From positions 1-53,077 of IMG/VR virus record IMGVR_UViG_3300038418_000044: DNA of 53,077 bases. One strand, written 5' to 3'. Under the pieces are notes generated by a model, which was not told the DNA's origin, did not search any database, and was given only the letters and a program-made list of their open reading frames with translations. The translations under genes and the position numbers were made by a program. Positions within the stretch are counted from its first letter, which is position 1. Every line of letters starts with the position of its first letter. Shown one piece after another: positions 16,976 through 26,083 of this stretch. Origin of the DNA: a virus. Its lineage: Duplodnaviria > Caudoviricetes.

Positions 16976-19396
16976 ATGGCAATTCTTACACCAGCTAGGG
17001 TAAGCGTAGGTTTCGGATCGCCCGCGATACAGTCAACAGGCACTTACAAGGTTGTTGGGGGATATCAAGTGCCGGTGATGGTAACCGTGAACGCTTCATA
17101 CCGCACCCCAGGGGGGTACATATTCCCTATATCTGGATTATGTCCCGTCACCCTGCAAAGTTCCAACGGTCTATTTCCAGTCCCAGCAAGCATCAATGTC
17201 TCATTCGCCAAGCCCATTACGGATTCATCCGGGAATGGCAACAACGGCACTTGGTTTGGGACACTCGTAGGAACGAATATGGGCTACTATTCCCAGGACA
17301 GGCTGAGCGGGTTAGCTGGGACGTTCGACGGGAGCACCGATTATGTGACCGTTCCCAATGTGACGAGTCTTCAACTCAGGGCTGGAACCATATCCTGTTG
17401 GATAAAGTGCAGCAACGTGGGAGCAGGCTACCGTGGCATTGTGACAAAGGCGCTGGCGTATGGTATCTTTCTGAACTCTGGCGTTTTCGGTTTATATGAC
17501 TGGGGAAGTTCTGCTTGGAGGTCATCGGGTAGATCGGTCGCTGATGGGAGTTGGCATCATGTAGTTGCAGTCTTTTGTAGCGGCATGGCTAGTGGGACGC
17601 TTCTGTTCGTTGATGGAAAACTCTATGCCACTACCATGATGACGATACCATCCACCAATGCCTACTTCAGGTTGGACAGCCAGTCACAACCTTTAACGAT
17701 TGGAACGAACGGCCTCCCAGTTACACTGGGAAATCCCCAGCAGGACTTTGTTGGCTGCATAGATGATGTCCGCTTATACAGCCGGACGCTTTCCGCAGCA
17801 GAGGTAGCCAGAATATATAACGGAAGTGGCCCCACGGACTCCATGGCGGGCTGGTGGAAGTTTGACGAGGGAATGTTGACCTCCAGCAGCGCCACCTTCA
17901 TGATGAACACTCCCGTCCTGAGCAGCGACTCTGCCGCAACTACGATCACGGCTACCTATCTAGCTGCCACAAATTCGGCTGGTATAACGGCTTATCCAAT
18001 GGTCAGCAGTTTGGCTATCAGCGTGCCAGCTGTATTGAACGATCTGCCACCTCTGGGCACATACAACACGGGCGTTCCTGTTCCTCCTAACACCCCCCAT
18101 CCTTCCATGGTGGGAGGTGTAGCGACGGTAAAGATCACTCCATCCCCTTACGTGAATAGCAGCATTACGCAGCCAATCTCCCTTAGCTATTCTCCCAACG
18201 TAAAGCAAGTCCTTTCTACCCCCGTCTATCAGGGCTCCGGTGTATGGGGCGGGCCAGCGGTTAGCCTCAATGCTAATGTGCCGAGCAGTGTTGATCTGAG
18301 GAGTGGAGCCCCTGTCTCCTTCCCTATTACGACTTGGCTTCCTGCATCAACAGACTATCAGCAGATGCCGTACACGATAACGGTTTCGGCCACGTTAAAG
18401 ACCATCACGATTAGCTCCGCCCTGTCTGTTGCCAGCTTGAGCCAGACACTTGCCGGGATTGCTACGCTGAACGATACTACCCTAGCATCCAGCATTCCCC
18501 TAAAGGGTTTAGGGCTCATCCAGTTAGCAACTACCAGTCCCTTCAATCAAATACCTACTACGCCAGCAGTGATTATACCATCGAATGTGTCACAGGCCAT
18601 TACTGATTTTGGTGAGATGGTTTGCGGGCTGCTCGGCATTGAGCCCATCAAGATACCTGGGCTCCCAAACCCCTTTCCCCCGCAGAAGGTTCTATGGCAG
18701 GAACTTTCCATGAACCCGATATACGCCGCTCTGGACTGGGCAAACTTCTGGAAGTCGGAGCGTGCCCTCGAATGCATAAGCGCCGCCCTGTGGTTGATAT
18801 GCGCTCTCCTTCTTCTCGTTGATCCCGTAGTGTGGTGCTTCGTGTTGGCTGCGATTATCCTGGCCATCACGCGGCTTCTGATGATATTTACCGGCATCAA
18901 CTCAATGGTCGCTTCCAACGTGGTGGAAGACAGCGCTAATCCCGGATACATCAAGGTCGTGTCCTCCATATACACGATGGAACAACTGATGCGGTGGCTG
19001 GAACTCGTAGAAGCTGACGAACCTCTCCTGGGGGAATTGGTTACTGACATCCAGCAGCTTGAGGGAATAGTGACTGACCCGAATGCCTTGGTCTTCGCTC
19101 AGAAGATCGGCGATGAGATGCAACTGGTTATTCGGAACCAATATCCGCTTACCAATAGATTCTATAACACTGGGGCTCTAAAGCAGGGCTTTGAAACGCT
19201 GCTGGAAACCGTCAATCCCAGTACCGGGTTAACGTATACCCAACCGCAGATTCTCACAAACCTGAACAACTGCTATCTTGCTGAACTCCAGCTACTCCAG
19301 GTTGCTGCCGCTACGGTCGGAGACACTACCAGGGCTGGGGCCATAGGGCTGCTAATCACGGAAATGCAGTATATATGGAGCCATACCAGTCCTTGA
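16976..19396 (+). CDS. large Ig-like/LamG protein with a C-terminal membrane hairpin
   Basis: DSSGNGNNGT, FDGSTDYV, WHHVVAV, IDDVRLYSRTLSAAEV, WWKFDEG; hydrophobic ALWLICALLLLVDPVVWCFVLAAIILAI. Confidence 0.75.
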   Translation: MAILTPARVSVGFGSPAIQSTGTYKVVGGYQVPVMVTVNASYRTPGGYIFPISGLCPVTLQSSNGLFPVPASINVSFAKPITDSSGNGNNGTWFGTLVGTNMGYYSQDRLSGLAGTFDGSTDYVTVPNVTSLQLRAGTISCWIKCSNVGAGYRGIVTKALAYGIFLNSGVFGLYDWGSSAWRSSGRSVADGSWHHVVAVFCSGMASGTLLFVDGKLYATTMMTIPSTNAYFRLDSQSQPLTIGTNGLPVTLGNPQQDFVGCIDDVRLYSRTLSAAEVARIYNGSGPTDSMAGWWKFDEGMLTSSSATFMMNTPVLSSDSAATTITATYLAATNSAGITAYPMVSSLAISVPAVLNDLPPLGTYNTGVPVPPNTPHPSMVGGVATVKITPSPYVNSSITQPISLSYSPNVKQVLSTPVYQGSGVWGGPAVSLNANVPSSVDLRSGAPVSFPITTWLPASTDYQQMPYTITVSATLKTITISSALSVASLSQTLAGIATLNDTTLASSIPLKGLGLIQLATTSPFNQIPTTPAVIIPSNVSQAITDFGEMVCGLLGIEPIKIPGLPNPFPPQKVLWQELSMNPIYAALDWANFWKSERALECISAALWLICALLLLVDPVVWCFVLAAIILAITRLLMIFTGINSMVASNVVEDSANPGYIKVVSSIYTMEQLMRWLELVEADEPLLGELVTDIQQLEGIVTDPNALVFAQKIGDEMQLVIRNQYPLTNRFYNTGALKQGFETLLETVNPSTGLTYTQPQILTNLNNCYLAELQLLQVAAATVGDTTRAGAIGLLITEMQYIWSHTSP

Positions 19397-19412
19397 TAGT
19401 GGAATACAAACA

Positions 19413-19685
19413 GTGAAGGCAACCGTTGAAATCAAGAAGTCAGTCATCGTGGATTTGATGCTTGCGCTGACTTACTTCCTAGACCAGCATGATGCGCTAC
19501 TGCGGCAGCCATCCAGCTATGAACGTGGAAAGAAGATTGCTCAACTATCCAGCATGCTGGAAATGGCCAAGGACAGCTTTCGCTTCAACGCGCTCCATGA
19601 GGATTTCCGAAAGCCTGATCGCTGGCGGAAGAAACTGGGGCTGTCACCTCCAGCGTTCTTTATTCCCAACAGCAGAGAGCTATGA
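19413..19685 (+). CDS. hypothetical protein
   Basis: ORF track; ATGA overlap with the next gene. Confidence 0.6.
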   Translation: MKATVEIKKSVIVDLMLALTYFLDQHDALLRQPSSYERGKKIAQLSSMLEMAKDSFRFNALHEDFRKPDRWRKKLGLSPPAFFIPNSREL

Positions 19686-20074
19686 AACTCCTTCTCCAGC
19701 GCGTTCGACCGGATGAGCCATTTCAACAGCCCATCCGAACCTTCGAGCACTATACCCTCCACCTATCCCGCCCCATCATACTACGGCCAGGGTGTGTCGG
19801 CCAAGCTGTAACCAACGTGGCCCTGGCCGTCCCGCCTCAAACCCTAGCCATTGTCCGCCCTGCTATAGAGCTGGTGCATAAGCACGGACTCTATATCCCC
19901 AGCCAGACGCTGGGCTACTTTGACACTGATGAAGTGACCACACCAGTGCGCAACCTCACGGGTAAGTCAATTACGTTGAAGTCTGGGGTCGCGCTGCTGG
20001 AGATGGAACTGGTCAGCGGCGCTCAGGTTGGCCCTGCGGAGATGGAGCTGGTTCGTTGCCTGCCAAGCCGCTGA
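19682..20074 (+). CDS. degenerate trimeric dUTPase-fold protein
   Basis: Spacing ILRPG....VTNVALAVP....IVRP......HGL......GYFDTD......RN matches dUTPase motifs 2-3, but RSG, DxDY and motif 5 are absent. Confidence 0.5.
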   Translation: MKLLLQRVRPDEPFQQPIRTFEHYTLHLSRPIILRPGCVGQAVTNVALAVPPQTLAIVRPAIELVHKHGLYIPSQTLGYFDTDEVTTPVRNLTGKSITLKSGVALLEMELVSGAQVGPAEMELVRCLPSR

Positions 20075-20264
20075 TCTTGGAGTCCAATTCAGAAATGCTT
20101 ATGCCCAGATAAGCTGCCAGCCGTATGGTTGTTTCCATGGACGGCCTGCGCCTGCCACACCTAATGTCGCTCAGGAAGCTAGCAGAGATGCCAGTCGCTC
20201 GGCTGACTTCTGTTAGGGGGATACCGCAGTAAAGACTTTTGTAGAGAGGGTCATTCTTAGCCAT
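20013..20264 (-). CDS. XRE-family HTH transcriptional regulator
   Basis: LTEVSRATGISASFLSDIRCGRRRPSMETTIRLAAYLGISISEL; start MAKND at 20264. Confidence 0.85.
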   Translation of the reverse strand: MAKNDPLYKSLYCGIPLTEVSRATGISASFLSDIRCGRRRPSMETTIRLAAYLGISISELDSKISGLAGNEPAPSPQGQPERR

Positions 20265-20270
20265 ACTTGC

Positions 20271-20299
20271 ATTATGGCACATGCTTGGCCAAATTACAA
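20271..20299 (-). promoter_or_regulatory. promoter of the HTH gene (leaderless)
   Basis: Minus strand TTGTAA-17 nt-CATAAT with TGc; ATG 6 nt downstream. Confidence 0.6.
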
Positions 20300-20306
20300 G
20301 GCTCAA

Positions 20307-21017
20307 TTAGTGTCCCCGCAGATTATGGCCAGATGCATGAAAGGTTGCTCTAGTTCCGCCCGACTCAAACTGTTTTGGCGCACGCCCAACCATCTCTATA
20401 CTGGTAAAGGCTGCCCGACGCAGCCAAGCTTCTACACAGAGTGCATTAGGACCCCAGCGCGTGGTTGGATCATTGTAAGCCTCAGCGTGTTCATAGAAAG
20501 CGCAGGCTGGACGTTCAACCTCTAACATGTCAAGGTGTGTTTCAAGAATGAGTTTACCCGCACAGACTGAAAAAATCCGCTCTAGAGCCACCAATGGGCT
20601 CTTGAAGTGATGTAGTGCTCCAAGGCATAGCACCAGGTCAAAATCGCCCAGCTTTTGCTGCGTGATGCGGTGAACATCCAGATTGGCTGCGATGACGTTG
20701 GAACGTAGGGTCTTGCGGGCCAAATCGAAACCTCTGCGTCCAGTATCAAAGCCCCAAGTATCCAGGGCTACAACCTCCCTAGCCCCTCGGTGCTCGCATA
20801 AGAAACTCCACCAGCCATCCCATGCACCGATGTCCAGCACGCGAAGATTGTCCATCCTATCCGGCAAATGGCTATAGGCTAGCTTCGCCTTGCAGTCAGT
20901 CACCCCGGGTGTAATGATGCCCTTGCCGAGGTCTATACGGTGCCACCATTTGATTTGCTTTACTTCTCCTAGAAGTCCCACCAGTGTTTTACCTTGACTC
21001 CAAGAAATACCTGCCAC
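20307..21017 (-). CDS. class I SAM methyltransferase (CmoB/DUF1698-like)
   Basis: WWHRIDLG.GIITPG, VLDIGAWDGWWSF, FDLVLCLGALHH, LILET; true start probably the GTG near 20981. Confidence 0.8.
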   Translation of the reverse strand: MAGISWSQGKTLVGLLGEVKQIKWWHRIDLGKGIITPGVTDCKAKLAYSHLPDRMDNLRVLDIGAWDGWWSFLCEHRGAREVVALDTWGFDTGRRGFDLARKTLRSNVIAANLDVHRITQQKLGDFDLVLCLGALHHFKSPLVALERIFSVCAGKLILETHLDMLEVERPACAFYEHAEAYNDPTTRWGPNALCVEAWLRRAAFTSIEMVGRAPKQFESGGTRATFHASGHNLRGH

Positions 21018-22048
21018 AGCTTCAATCCCCGCTCATTATGGTCTATAAGCACCCTGCGGCCTTCCCACCTTTCCTCGGGATTAGCCAGCAGCTTAAGGCC
21101 TACCTCTGCAATGTCATTGGGGTCATCGGAATCTGCCTTCCAAGAGCCGGGTGCCCACCTGATGGCTTCTGATACGACCGTTGGCACTCCGCACGCAATA
21201 CCATCCGCAGTTACGAGATTGAAGGATTCCGTGTAGGATGGCTGGATGAGCAAATCCATGCCTTGTACGAGCTTGATGAACTGCTTCCAATCAGTCCATC
21301 TGTGCTTGAATACATCAAAGCCTGGTATGCCCTGTGACATCTGATCTATGGTAGCCAAGATGTTGCCGCCCTTGCGCTCCCCACCTTGGTTCATGTGAAA
21401 GCGGACTTGCACATTCAAACGCCGTTGCATAATTAGAGCCGCAGCGGTCGCCGATGGTAGATTCTTTTCCGAGCGCAGAGCCCCAAAAGCACCAACGTTG
21501 AGCACCCTTGGATGTTTCCATGGCTTGCGGTGTTCCATCGGCCCAATTGAATATAGGTCCGGCAGCAGCAGCATTTTTACATCGTAAGCCTCTGAGAACC
21601 AATCTACGAAAGATGCTGAGTTGCCAGCTACATGGAGGTTGGGGAAGTCATTTGTCAGGTCAGCATAGTTGCGGAAGTTGCCGATGCCCCTAAAGTCCCC
21701 GTGGAGAGCCCCCACATTGCAATGGGATTGGACTGCAAACTTAATCCCAGGGAAGTAGCGCACAAGAGCGCTCAGATCGAGTGGCGTGATCCACGGGGCC
21801 ATGATGACGCAGTGTGTCAGTGGCTTCCGATTGGCAGCCTTCCGCTTAGCGTTAATCATGCAGAGGGCATGAACCAAATCCACATTGCTTCTTGCTGGCA
21901 CCACATCTATGCAGATGCAGTGCTGGCGTAGCTCAGCCGCTGTAGCCAATGCGGCTACATGCAGACCCACGGAGCTATAACCAGACCAGAAGGCAAAGTC
22001 CTTATAGCACAGAGCAAGTGCGATATCTTCTCTTCGTGCGGTGGGCAT
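20969..22048 (-). CDS. GT-B glycosyltransferase
   Basis: GAFGALRSEKN, MDLLIQPSYTESFNLVTADGIACGVPTVVS. Confidence 0.8.
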   Translation of the reverse strand: MPTARREDIALALCYKDFAFWSGYSSVGLHVAALATAAELRQHCICIDVVPARSNVDLVHALCMINAKRKAANRKPLTHCVIMAPWITPLDLSALVRYFPGIKFAVQSHCNVGALHGDFRGIGNFRNYADLTNDFPNLHVAGNSASFVDWFSEAYDVKMLLLPDLYSIGPMEHRKPWKHPRVLNVGAFGALRSEKNLPSATAAALIMQRRLNVQVRFHMNQGGERKGGNILATIDQMSQGIPGFDVFKHRWTDWKQFIKLVQGMDLLIQPSYTESFNLVTADGIACGVPTVVSEAIRWAPGSWKADSDDPNDIAEVGLKLLANPEERWEGRRVLIDHNERGLKLWQVFLGVKVKHWWDF

Positions 22049-22122
22049 CTGACACTCCGACGCTAAACGCTCTTACACTCTTCTGATGCTAGAAAGTCAG
22101 TGTGAAGCTAATCAGCAGAGGA

Positions 22123-22341
22123 TTAGGGCTTCGGCGGGATGATTGGGGTTGTACCATTGCCATTCCCGTTTGGCGCTGATGTTTTGGTCATCTTCAAACC
22201 TACCAGCCCAGCCGCAACCAGATCATGGCCAAGCTGCACCTGCGCTGTCCACACCGAAAGCGCGATGCCAGCGGTAATCAGTGTCAAGGCGCAAATATCT
22301 CCCCACTTTTGGTGAACGAAATCCTGCAGAAAGGCTGCCAC
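22123..22341 (-). CDS. putative holin or small membrane protein
   Basis: Hydrophobic helices; adjacent to the endolysin. Confidence 0.5.
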   Translation of the reverse strand: MAAFLQDFVHQKWGDICALTLITAGIALSVWTAQVQLGHDLVAAGLVGLKMTKTSAPNGNGNGTTPIIPPKP

Positions 22342-22350
22342 GTTTGCTCC

Positions 22351-22797
22351 TTATGCTATCCTGTAGAAGTGAAGTTTGCCAACATCCACGGTATGTACCA
22401 TCGAGCCGTCCAGCGCCCATTTCGGTCGGCGGTCAGGCTTCCCGTTCATGGGGTCTAGGCTGGTATCGAAATAGTTGACCGCTCCGCCTGTTGGGTCTGG
22501 GACTAGCTCCAAATACGCATCCATGGCAGCACGCAGCGCGTTTGGCCATGCGGAATCACCAGCCTTTGGCTCCTTCTGCGAATTCGGGTCTGTCCAGTTG
22601 AAGCTGCTATACTGGTAGTGCTTGAGAATTACGGAAGGGTAAGAATCCCCAGCCCAAGATGGATGCTCCACTCTATTGCGGATAGACCACGCTACCGCGA
22701 GCATACCAGCGTACCCTTGGTTCTGCGCCTCGCGCCATGCTACAAGAGGTAGGAGGCCAAATTCGTAGGCTTGTTGGGGGGTGAACTCCGTATCCAT
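22351..22797 (-). CDS. endolysin, SleB/Hydrolase_2-type cell wall hydrolase
   Basis: WREAQNQGYAGMLAVAWSIRNRV, QYSSFN, DPTGGAVNY, HFY. Confidence 0.85.
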   Translation of the reverse strand: MDTEFTPQQAYEFGLLPLVAWREAQNQGYAGMLAVAWSIRNRVEHPSWAGDSYPSVILKHYQYSSFNWTDPNSQKEPKAGDSAWPNALRAAMDAYLELVPDPTGGAVNYFDTSLDPMNGKPDRRPKWALDGSMVHTVDVGKLHFYRIA

Positions 22798-23409
22798 CTA
22801 ATGCTTCCAGACTAAGGTAATGATCTGCGTTATAGTTGCTATCAGCCCCAACCCGATGGCCACGGCAAGCCCAATGCCCCAGTTGGCTAGGTTTATGGTC
22901 TGATCCCTGCCCAACTGCTTACCATTCCAGTTGCTTACGGCTTGATTTAGCGTACCAAGCTGCTTCCTGTCCTCATCAATCTTTTCCTGTAGCTGTGCCT
23001 TTATTGACTCGATCCTCTCCGCAGCCGCTGTCCAGTGCGACTCAGATTCCAATCTAGGCATCATGTGGCTGCTGAGATCATTCATCGCCCCGCGAATCTC
23101 GTTGCTTTGCGTCTTGTATTCTTTTAGGGCTGCGTCTGCTGCTATCTTGGCGTCCCTAGCAGCTTGGAATGATTGCGCTGTCATATCCTTGACGGACTGA
23201 ATATGGGTAAGGAGTAATTCCTTGAGGGATTTGATGGATTCCTCAAAGCGCCGTTCCCTCTCGTCGTGCTCAAAGCGCGTAACGTAATCACTTCCGACTA
23301 TCTGTTCGTCAGCCACGGCTGACCTCCCACGATAGGACTGTTCCAGTGCTGCCGAGGGTGTTACGCTTTCCTCTTGCATACTAACCCCTAAGTTTGATGC
23401 TATCAGCAA
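22798..23409 (-). CDS. coiled-coil protein with C-terminal TM helix (lysis-associated)
   Basis: Heptad pattern plus WGIGLAVAIGLGLIATITQIITLVW; probable start MQEES at 23380. Confidence 0.6.
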   Translation of the reverse strand: MLIASNLGVSMQEESVTPSAALEQSYRGRSAVADEQIVGSDYVTRFEHDERERRFEESIKSLKELLLTHIQSVKDMTAQSFQAARDAKIAADAALKEYKTQSNEIRGAMNDLSSHMMPRLESESHWTAAAERIESIKAQLQEKIDEDRKQLGTLNQAVSNWNGKQLGRDQTINLANWGIGLAVAIGLGLIATITQIITLVWKH

Positions 23410-23428
23410 GATATGGGGCTAAATCGCT

Positions 23429-24934
23429 CTACTGGGTCACTCTTACATTGTAGGCAGCGCTAACTGGAGTGCCCGTCACCGCCGCGCACACTTTTACAGT
23501 CACCGTATCGGCCCCGCTGACGTACCCTTCCCACCAGAATCCATCACCAGGGTATGTCTGTGGGCTTACATTCGGAACCATTAGCGTTGTCACACCCGGC
23601 ACAGAGAGTGTCCCGGAGGCACATGCTCCGGCCAAGAGAGGGGAGCCCCCAATTGCCGCGGTCACTCCGTCCAGAGGCACTGATCCCGGAGGAAGCGCGG
23701 ATGAAAGAAGTGGCCTGAACGCCGGTTTCCCATTTACCGCTCCGCCCGATGGCTTGAAGGCTGCCAGGAACACAGTGTCCCCGCTGCTGCCAGAGCCCCC
23801 CTGTACGCTGAAGCAATAAATCCCGGTCGTCGGTGCTATCTTCTCCGCGATGAGATACTGCCCCAGAAAGCCCGCAGCAGTGTAACGGAGATCGTAGCGG
23901 ATTGTCCATGAAGGATCAGAAATGGTGCCTATGTTGAGATTCAACTCGGTAAAGCCCCCGATCAAAATGTCATTGGCTACCGAAGTTGTAACGCATGCGG
24001 AGTCGGGAGGTGAGCCCGCCGAACCGTAAGTGGCAGTGAGTTGATCCAGGGGGGATGCTGCTGCTACACCTGAGTACTCCAGAACGGGCATTGCGAAATC
24101 GTATTGGTTTGAACCCGGGCCTGCAATGGTGGCGGTGAGAGTATTAGACCCAGAATTGACATTCAGGGCGTAATTAAGCTGGAAAGCATTGCCTATCCCG
24201 GTCGTGTAGCTCCCCTGAGTCCAGCTATTGCCGTTGGTGTCCGAAGTGTCGAGCGATGTTGGCATTCCTGTCCCAGCCCGCGCTAGCATGACCGGGGTTA
24301 TGAGGATATTTCCAGATGCATTGCTAATCGTCCCCGAAACCGTGGTTGCTCCATAAGTATCATTATGCGGCATGGGGAAGAGAACTTGGGAGAACAAGAT
24401 GCTGCCCCCGGCATAGGGCGGCCCCATGTAGACATAGTTTGGCTGCTGATCTATCTCAGTGATCGTGTCAGTCCCGCCACCGATGCTGTGGTTTAGAAGG
24501 TCAGTGGGGCCGGTGATATTGCTTATTCCGCTAGGGCCGCCAGTAGCCGTGGAGAACATCGTTCTAGAATCGCTGATGGTAGTGATCGCTCCACCTGAGG
24601 TTACTACCACCGCGATGGGGATGGTTGTGTCCAAGAATCCGCTGGTATTTGTCCCTGGCGCGCAACTTGCAGTGGTATCCAGGTAGACATAGTTGGTAGC
24701 CCCGGTCATCGTCAGCGTCCCACCAGCATAAGTGGCGATGGTGGTGGAGCAATAAGCAGTCCCAGCAGAGAGATTGAGCGTCATCCCGCTGCCCTTGGTT
24801 GGCCAATAACCAGGCGCAACGCCATTCACATACTTCGCGTTCACCGATGATACGCCAACCTGCGTCTGCGGCTGCTGTGCTCCAAGTACCTCGATCACAA
24901 GCAAGATCATTGCCAGCACTTTGAGTAGCCTCAT
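23429..24934 (-). CDS. Gly/Ser/Thr-rich tail-region protein with N-terminal signal peptide
   Basis: MRLLKVLAMILLVIEVLGA|QQ; beta-rich composition; located at the end of the tail module. Confidence 0.65.
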   Translation of the reverse strand: MRLLKVLAMILLVIEVLGAQQPQTQVGVSSVNAKYVNGVAPGYWPTKGSGMTLNLSAGTAYCSTTIATYAGGTLTMTGATNYVYLDTTASCAPGTNTSGFLDTTIPIAVVVTSGGAITTISDSRTMFSTATGGPSGISNITGPTDLLNHSIGGGTDTITEIDQQPNYVYMGPPYAGGSILFSQVLFPMPHNDTYGATTVSGTISNASGNILITPVMLARAGTGMPTSLDTSDTNGNSWTQGSYTTGIGNAFQLNYALNVNSGSNTLTATIAGPGSNQYDFAMPVLEYSGVAAASPLDQLTATYGSAGSPPDSACVTTSVANDILIGGFTELNLNIGTISDPSWTIRYDLRYTAAGFLGQYLIAEKIAPTTGIYCFSVQGGSGSSGDTVFLAAFKPSGGAVNGKPAFRPLLSSALPPGSVPLDGVTAAIGGSPLLAGACASGTLSVPGVTTLMVPNVSPQTYPGDGFWWEGYVSGADTVTVKVCAAVTGTPVSAAYNVRVTQ

Positions 24935-25254
24935 GCGTACACCTCTGCGTTCCGCCTCTTGGTGGCTGATATTTTCGCCCTTGTTTCTGGGGAGACTTGA
25001 TGCCCCATCTTGGCAACTTTCATTTTTGCTATGCTTTCTGGAGAGTGATGACGGCCGAGATTATATTTGTGTCCCTTGTTTGCTGCGCCAATCCTTACTC
25101 TCGCCTCTGCGGAGACGGCATGACCTCTAAGTTTGGTAATTCTTTTAGCTATGCTTTCTGGGGAACATTTCCTGCCCTTCAAGGAAGCGCTTATCTTCAT
25201 CCTGACTTCTAGCGGCTTACTTCTACCTTGCCTTAAATAATATCCCTTACGCAT
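24931..25254 (-). mobile_element. NUMOD3-repeat protein lacking a nuclease domain (homing endonuclease remnant)
   Basis: SPESIAK, SAEARVRI, HSPESIAKM, SPETRAKIS; start MRKGYY at 25254. Confidence 0.7.
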
Positions 25255-25582
25255 AAACTTCACAATATCCAAGGAGGCCGTCGTCGCTGCCCTGGAGATA
25301 AATATAAGTCCCGTCATACCGTGTAGCGTTTTGCAGGGCAATGATGCCCAGCGAGGTCATCTGGATCAGCGCCAGCGTTGGCGTACCTGAGAGGCCGTGG
25401 GCAATCTTGAAATTACCAGCGGTCGTACCAGTATCCGCATGGGCATTATCCACCTGAAGCTCAGCACTGGGAACTCCGGGGCCGACCTTAGCCTTCCACT
25501 TGCTATCGGCCACAACGTAGGTCAGGACATCCCCTTCATTACCATCCGGTAGAATCGACCCGCGAATCTCAAGAATCGGCAT
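25247..25582 (-). CDS. small tail-region protein
   Basis: GDVLTY...KW, IAHGLSGTP (H.LG..P virion motif). Confidence 0.6.
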   Translation of the reverse strand: MPILEIRGSILPDGNEGDVLTYVVADSKWKAKVGPGVPSAELQVDNAHADTGTTAGNFKIAHGLSGTPTLALIQMTSLGIIALQNATRYDGTYIYLQGSDDGLLGYCEVYA

Positions 25583-25588
25583 GGTTCC

Positions 25589-26074
25589 TCAGTTGGCAGC
25601 GCTCACACTTGACCGCTGGGCAAAACAGTACACCTTTATGATGCCATCCGTGGTGACGGTCTCCGTGCCACTCGACCAATAGGTTGTTCGCAGGTTCACC
25701 ACGCCTGTGAGATCGTTGATGTCCCAATCACCGGGGAAATTATAGAGAACCCCAGGCTGGCTGTTTGACTGTGGGGGCGGGTATTGCTGGCCCGGCGTGT
25801 AGGGCATAACCCGTGAACGGTTTGAATAGATAGACCAGACAAACCCGCACTCAGCGCGTGCGAACGGATACCCATCCACAGGGCTGGTTGGAGTGGGAAT
25901 CGTATCCCCGTGTCCGTAGAAGCCCATGAAGATGATTTCGCAGCGCACAGCGCCAAACTTCGCATCGTGCGAAATCTTCTGGATGGAGTCATCCGTCAGT
26001 GGCACACCGCCAGCAATGGCCGCGTCCGGTATATCGTTGAATCCCGGTATAGAACTAAAGACGAGTTGACTCAT
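25589..26074 (-). CDS. tail-region protein
   Basis: Position; tight packing with neighbours. Confidence 0.6.
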   Translation of the reverse strand: MSQLVFSSIPGFNDIPDAAIAGGVPLTDDSIQKISHDAKFGAVRCEIIFMGFYGHGDTIPTPTSPVDGYPFARAECGFVWSIYSNRSRVMPYTPGQQYPPPQSNSQPGVLYNFPGDWDINDLTGVVNLRTTYWSSGTETVTTDGIIKVYCFAQRSSVSAAN

Positions 26075-26083
26075 TGAGCACCT

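Noticed and set aside
25255-25341. ORF-track N-terminus MPCKTLHG... of the NUMOD3 ORF
   Set aside because: It overlaps the upstream gene; the ATG at 25254, coupled to the upstream stop, is more plausible
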